Of a DNA stretch of 64,000 nucleotides, positions 57,871-64,000 are shown piece by piece. The position numbers and the translations under genes were made by a program. Source of the DNA: Flectonema sp. DT1601 (taxonomy: Eukaryota); contig OZ025784.1 of NCBI GenBank assembly GCA_964019425.1, forward strand, positions 620,001 through 684,000, in the 5' to 3' direction. The notes below the pieces were generated by a model. That model searched no databases. It was not told where the DNA came from and saw nothing but the letters and a program-made list of their open reading frames with translations. How positions within the stretch are numbered: position 1 is the first letter of the stretch; every line of letters begins with the position of its first letter.

Positions 57871-59491
57871 TTTTACTATTTTTTTTTTTTGTTTTGTTTT
57901 GTTGATAAAAATATAATTCCTGGATTGTTTTTTTTTTTTTTTGAAGTAGGAGTTAGCCTCTTGAGGAGTACATTTCTCTTCCTTATATTATTATCAAAAT
58001 GGATCCATCAGCTGTTCCCAAATATGGGAAAATAAATATATTAGCGTCACATGTATTGCTGTTATGAATGGGAAGGAAAAGAAGAAGAAAAAAAAGAAAT
58101 CTGTTGCTAAGTGTGAACACGCAAACCATGAATGTACGCTTGCCCCACAATAACGACATTGGCGATTTCTCACTACTCTTTTTCAATCGTCCTCTCTTTT
58201 TTTTTTTTTTTTTTTCCCCCTTTTTTGTTGCTATTGTTTTTCTTTTTTTTTTTTTTTTTTTTTTTTTTCCCACTGAAGAAACAAAAAAAAAAAAAAAAAA
58301 AAAAAATCACAACGTTAGAAGAAAGACAACGTGTTGTGGTCATACTCACTAATTGGGTCGGATGTTGAATAAAAAATAAGGTGTCGAAAACCTTCATACG
58401 AAAAAAAAAAAAAAAAAAATTAATCACACCAACTTTTATATTATGCTGATCATTAACAAATTAGTAACATTAATTTAAAACGGAATTCACGTTGTTATAG
58501 TTGGTCTGCTACATGCATAGTATGCTTTTTCTCTCTCTTTACCAACTGATGATACTTTTCCAAAAACAGCTTGAACAAAGAAGTGATATAGCTTCGTATA
58601 TTGAAGTAATGTCATAAAGAAAATAAAATTCCTTCCTCTATATGAATCGGAACTGTCTTCCTTGAAAACAATTTACACCGAACTCTAGGATTTTATTATT
58701 TTATTATTTGTTTTTTTTTTATTATTATTATTTTTTTTTTTTTAATATTCAACAAGAGGGAGCATATATGACTCGGTAGTCGCTCGCCAATCGGTAGTAA
58801 GTAAGCGGAGGCAGTAACAACGCAAAAACCACTAGGGTTTTTTTTTTTTTTTTTTTTTTTAATCTGCCAAATAAAAAAAATGGTCAACATAATGAAACAA
58901 CCAGAGGGAGGCTTTTTTTTTTTTTTTTTTTTTTTTTTTCTTCTCTCTCTTCTTTTTTTAATAGGCTCCCTCTGAAAAAAAAAATCGATAAAGAGACGTA
59001 ATTTTCTAACGGTTAACTATAAACAAACTTACCTAAAAGCATGTAAGAAATTAAAAAAAAAAGAGCGCAGGAGGGACTCGAACTGGATAAACACAGATTT
59101 GAAAAAAACAAAAACAAAAAAAAAGTAAAACAAAAACAACAACAAAAAAAAAAAACAGTTTCTACACATAACTATCAATAAGATTGTCAGATTTATTATT
59201 ATTATTTTTTTTTTTTAATACATTGAAAAAGCACTTTGTTTGTGCACGAAACCGTGAACCGACTTAAACTGATAAAGCTAAAAGAGGTTTACGTGTGTTG
59301 CCAACATTCCTTTTCGTTCTTACAATACTTGTTAAATGCAAAAAAAAAGAAAAAAAAATGGAAATTAGAAGGGCGAAAAAAAAAAAGAAGACGTACATTC
59401 ATTGTAAGTTATCTGATCCGTGGCTCAACTGGTCATAGAAATACGTGTTCTGGTAGCACACACCCACTTGCGTGGAGTTTTCGTGTATATC

Positions 59492-61407
59492 TCACGTATT
59501 AAAAATTATTAGGTTTACAGTCATATTATCAGTTCCTTCTCCGTTCTCTTCAATCGTAGGAGAAATACAATGGTCTAAGAGCAATGAACAAGCTTCTTTG
59601 GGAGAAGTTGTTTTTAAAGCAGCAGACAAGAAATCAACAACTTCTTGATCAGACATGCAGTCCCATATTCCATCACAGGCTTGAACAATGAAGTTATCTT
59701 CGGGGGTGAGTTGACGATATTCTATTGCTGGACAACAAGTAACAGCCTGGCCATCTGGTCCTAACCCTCCAGCTTGTTTGAAATCAAAATCACCTAAAGC
59801 CCTACTCACAGCTAGCATTCCTTCAACCCTGCCTTCACCACACACTCTACTACCGCTATTTAAAATTCTAGTCCTTTCTCTTGGAGAGTCAGGTTTATGG
59901 TCGTTTGAGAGTCGATCAGCTATACCATTTCGTGACATTACAGCCTGATTGATTTTTTTTTTTTTTGCCTAATAAGTTCTTTTAGTAATAAATAAAAAAC
60001 ACACCCTTGAATCACCAGAGTTTGCGATAACTACCAACGAATCACAGATAACTATGCTATTTACGGTTGTTCCAGTCGAACCATTATGTTCTGTAGAGAG
60101 AGTCTGTTGGATGACCTCATCAGTGTTGAGAAACGCTTTAGTTAACGCTGTTGCGATACTGTCTGGACTCGATAAATCTATTTGTTTTTTTTTTATTATA
60201 AATTGATATCCTGCGTTTATCAAGCAAGAGGGAGGGGGGCTTGGATAAATAAATCAAGGGGTTAACACGCAACATATTAGACATGAATCCTGTCCACACA
60301 AAATCGCATGCTTTAAATAAACTACCAGAAAAGGGAAAGGGAGAAAGTTGTTTAATTCATACCGGCATCCTTAAGATGGATATCAATATTATTATGCAGG
60401 TGATTGCCAACGAAATCAGCAACTTTCCAGCCACCATGACCATCGTACACACCAAAGTGGTTGACAGATGGATGACTTGGGAGAGGAATAGAAACATTGT
60501 GCGAGTCTTCGTTACTAGACCTCCATCCTTGCATAGTAATTGAAGTACAAGATAGTTTAGATGATTGTTGGTGTTCAATATGTTTATCAGTGACAGCTTC
60601 TTGCATGAATCCTCCTTTAGTTCTAAACAAAGGATCAAGTATAGCAGCAAAGTGTTCTGTTTCTTCATATGTCGCGAACCGATTATGCTGGTAGTCCCAC
60701 GCAGCTTCATCTCCCAGCTCATAGCAAATTGCAACTTTCTCTACCGGATTAGAATTAAAATGCTTCTGCGCTTCGATTAGGCAAAAAGATTTTTTTGATC
60801 GAGGGAAATATCTCTGTGCTGGTCTCTTTCCTGTTATGCAACAAGAGTAGAAAAGTGAGTGAAAATCGACATCTTCATCTTCCTCGTTTGGAGGAGGTGT
60901 ATAAGATCTGCGTAACTCTTCAGCAGTAAGTGGTTCATCAGATGTTGGAAGCAGTCGAGGAGGTTGCTCAGGAGAAGCAGATCTACTCCTTGGAATGGGA
61001 CTCGAACACGGACTTCCATCACCCCTGTTGGGATCATTTCTTAAAGTAGTAAAAGATCTCGCTCTGGCTGCTCGTTTCTTTTGAACAACAGGATTCGCTT
61101 CAACTACTTCAGTCATACCCGATGTTTGTTTCTCTGGTGTTGTCATCGATTCAGTCTGTGAAATACCTTTTACAGGTTGTAATTTAACAGTTAAGAACCC
61201 TCTCTCTTCATCATCATAGGGAGGGTTGACCATTGAGGTTACACTACACACTTCACTGTAATCACTTTTTAATTGTGTGATTGCTAACGCAACTGTGCTG
61301 ACATATTTACCAGCGCCGTGAACCTCAACTTCCTCACCTTGTCGAAGTTTTTCAAGGCAAGTTTCGACCACCTTCGGTGAGTTGAATTCCGTACATTCCA
61401 CTCTCAT
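59492..61407 (-). CDS. Protein phosphatase 2C (PPM family) with long N-terminal extension; 3 exons
   Basis: MQGWRSSNEDSH, FGVYDGHGG, ANSGDSR|AV, DHKP, LAVSRALGDF, ACDGIWD, GTDNMT. Introns 60362-60178 (GTATGA..TAG) and 60004-59945 (GTGTGT..CAG) restore the frame. Confidence 0.92.
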
Positions 61408-62072
61408 GTCGTGGTGTGAGGTGCTAAAGAAAACAGAAATAATATACAACTCGAATGATAACATATAAATGTAATAACTTTTTCTTTTTTTTCACCCTTC
61501 TAATTTCTTTTCAAGTCAAGTGGTATTAGTCTCGTCGTGTTTGCGCATTCTTTCCTGCACTAAAAACAATATAATGTGATCACAAGAAAGGTTGTTACAG
61601 ACAATATAAAAAATAGTTAGTCAGCAAGTCCAGAACTAATGACTGCAATGAGACAATGCGACATTGGGAAAGTTTGAAAAGGGGAAAATTCGTAACAACA
61701 AAATTTAAAAAAAAAAAAAAAAAAAAAAGATGGTAAGCAAATTAAATTATAGCACAGAGAGAGCATTGTGGTAACGATGCAGATAGTTAGAAAAGTGGTA
61801 CAGAAAAAGAAAAAAAACGAGCAAAAAAAAAAAAAAATATATGAATAAAAATCGCTATACGAAAAAAGAGAAAAGGAAATTCATAATTTCTAACACGCGT
61901 GGAGGGGGGTTCATTTGTGTTTGCTCAATAGAGAAATATTCAGTAACAAAGCTACCTATTGTAGTCTATCGTTACAGAAAAAAAGGACAACATGTTGTAT
62001 GCGAATTAAATACCAAGTTTTATTAACCCTACTCTAAGAAATAAGCTGAAGCAAGTCTATCTGAATGGCTAC

Positions 62073-62110
<38 letters not shown>

Positions 62111-62464
62111 AGAAAACCAGTTTCCATTGATGGAATCGAAAGAAAGGATAAAAATCCGTTTGTTTTTTTTTCTTTTTTTTGTTGTTGTTGTTTTTTTTTG
62201 AACAATGAAATACATCCAAAAACAGACTGGATAGTGACGACCATTTTATGGAAGAAAAGAAAAAAAAAAGAGACACACGATCGTGTTTTGAAATGTATTT
62301 TCTGATATTCGATATAGTGAACGAGGACGTCGACTGCCGTCGTCTCTCTGTTAGTGAAAATGGGTAGAGTTAGTACTCGTAATACGCACGATACAAGCTG
62401 ACAAGGTTTACACATCTGTTGTATTATATTTAACAAACAAGGCAAGACAACTCGTTAAATCCTC

Positions 62465-63190
62465 TCATTCGGTTGCCTGTTGCCGTTTTCTCTCGACTCT
62501 CATTTCCGCAATTAGAACAAGTTGTCTGCCAGCAGCGATTCCAAAAGCAGATATCACTAAATACGGAGACAAGGCTAGATGACTGTTTGCAGAATACCAA
62601 AATAAAATAGCTAAAAGTAAAATCATGTTTGAAATAGTCATTCCTACCTGATACAGTTGACAAGCAAGAGAACTGCGACCAGCGATGAATGAACAGTAGC
62701 TGGCTGAACCTATCTCCACAATTATGGCTGAAAAGGTGCACATTCTAAGTGACTGAACGGGTAAGAAAGAAAGACTAATTGCGATAAACATGACTAGCAG
62801 GTGATGAGTCAATAATATAAGGTCAGGGGTATTAAAAAATAATAAGAAATCCTTCGCCATGATACCAAACATCGCACCAAAGACGTGAACATCACACTGA
62901 GTACGACTCTCAAACATCAACATTTCAAAACCGACTCCCTCCATCATCAAAATTGATGAATCAACAGAAGCATAAACCAACGCAATCGGAGCCCACGTTC
63001 CAGTTATCCAAGCATTAGCCTTGTAAGCCCAAGGCGGAACAACCTCTTTATAGTGTCGAGGTACCGGCTTTCCCCTACTCACCCAATCTCTTTGAAATGC
63101 AACAGACGCTATAAACGTTGCGATACCAGCGACTACCGCTCCTTCACTAAAAGCTGACTGATATGTAGATGATATCGAAGTGGGTAACAT
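62465..63190 (-). CDS. Multi-pass membrane protein, TLC (TRAM/LAG1/CLN8)-like
   Basis: Several hydrophobic helices with D...LLTHHLLV and IVEIGS motifs. Probable ATG at 63190; the track's longer N-terminus runs through a tandem duplication. Confidence 0.65.
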   Translation of the reverse strand: MLPTSISSTYQSAFSEGAVVAGIATFIASVAFQRDWVSRGKPVPRHYKEVVPPWAYKANAWITGTWAPIALVYASVDSSILMMEGVGFEMLMFESRTQCDVHVFGAMFGIMAKDFLLFFNTPDLILLTHHLLVMFIAISLSFLPVQSLRMCTFSAIIVEIGSASYCSFIAGRSSLACQLYQVGMTISNMILLLAILFWYSANSHLALSPYLVISAFGIAAGRQLVLIAEMRVERKRQQATE

Positions 63191-63503
63191 AATTGAGTAA
63201 CGTATTAGACCTTGTGAGAGAGAGTGATGGTTTAATAATTGTAGACAAGACACAAGTTTAGCGTCCCCACATGCCCTGAAGGGGTTAATTTGATACCGCA
63301 TTCTTAAGCTCTGAAGGGGGTAATTTGATACTGCATTTTCAAGCTTCAAGGGGGGAAAAAAAAACTACTAAAAAACAATCAATATTTTTAAAAAAATCAA
63401 GACTAAAAAGAACAATACAAAAAAAAAAAAAGAGTGAATAATGTACAAAATTTTATATATCTAAAAAAAGAAAAAAAGTGGAATTTTCTAACAGAAAAAA
63501 AAA

Positions 63504-64000
63504 CTAACTGATACTCATTTTTATTAAATCGACCAGGTAGGCAGTCTTGGCCTGTAATTCTTCGTTTGTTGAGGTAGTCTCTAGAGTGTCTTGAAGAGAA
63601 CGAAGTTGACCCATCACCCAGCTGCTGCTACGAGCGACGTTGCCCAATTCGATGGCGATATTACTGACAGGGACAGGAGGGGCTAAGCGAGCTGGAATAG
63701 AAGCTTCGAGATCGTGGAAAGCATCTCTCAATGAATCAGACTCCAGCATCGCGAGGTCCTTTTCTTGTAGTGCAGAGGCAAGCTTTACTTTAATATCAGT
63801 GTCGTTCTGTGTTAAGTTATCAATGGCTTGTTGTGCTTTTGTGTTTGCTTCCGTCAAAACAATATTCTGAGTCTCCAATGCGTTGATCAGCTCTTCCATT
63901 TCTGAACACTTCCCTATCATACTTTCTAAGTACGTATCTTTCACATTCAATTCCTGACTCAGTCGAGTCTGAACTTCAGCATCAGAAGAAATAGTATCCG
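63504..64000 (-). CDS. 3' part of a coiled-coil protein (5' end outside window)
   Basis: The frame is open from the window edge (DTISSDAEVQTRLSQELNVKD...) to TAG at 63504, with a heptad-like composition. Confidence 0.7.
   Translation of the reverse strand, partial: DTISSDAEVQTRLSQELNVKDTYLESMIGKCSEMEELINALETQNIVLTEANTKAQQAIDNLTQNDTDIKVKLASALQEKDLAMLESDSLRDAFHDLEASIPARLAPPVPVSNIAIELGNVARSSSWVMGQLRSLQDTLETTSTNEELQAKTAYLVDLIKMSIS

Noticed and set aside
63276..63345. 35-bp tandem duplication upstream of the TLC-like gene, extending its ORF
   Set aside because: A two-copy local duplication with no further structure; probably UTR or intergenic.

Overview
AT-rich eukaryotic (protist) DNA, most likely a euglenozoan such as a diplonemid. 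This is inferred from unidirectional gene order, GT-AG introns, a presequence-bearing eukaryote-type TrpRS and a VIPER/TATE/DIRS-like remnant. All ~23 credible protein genes are on the minus strand: a large secreted protein, 2OG-Fe(II) oxygenase, a small spliced gene missed by the ORF track, TrpRS, metacaspase, NSA2, PARN/CAF1 nuclease, USP7-like protease, Cys-rich surface protein, DUF4116 protein, Sec16, RPA12, Nudix, UPF3, calcineurin-B-like protein, two DOMON proteins, PP2C, TLC protein and several hypotheticals. I reconstructed about 11 introns by hand. The standout is the 6.8-kb apparent satellite at 35.7-42.5 kb. It reads as 53 tandem copies (128/134 bp) of one box C/D snoRNA, filling the last intron of UPF3. 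Each copy carries two guides which, by the D+5 rule, target LSU rRNA peptidyl-transferase-centre positions equivalent to yeast G2815 (snR38/SNORD1 site) and G2395 (snR190/SNORD12 site). Weaker signals are candidate single-hairpin pseudouridylation guides in small introns, U-rich/A-rich intron arms, a metacaspase lacking its canonical catalytic Cys, and a decayed YR-retrotransposon in an intron. All calls are by eye; no searches were run.
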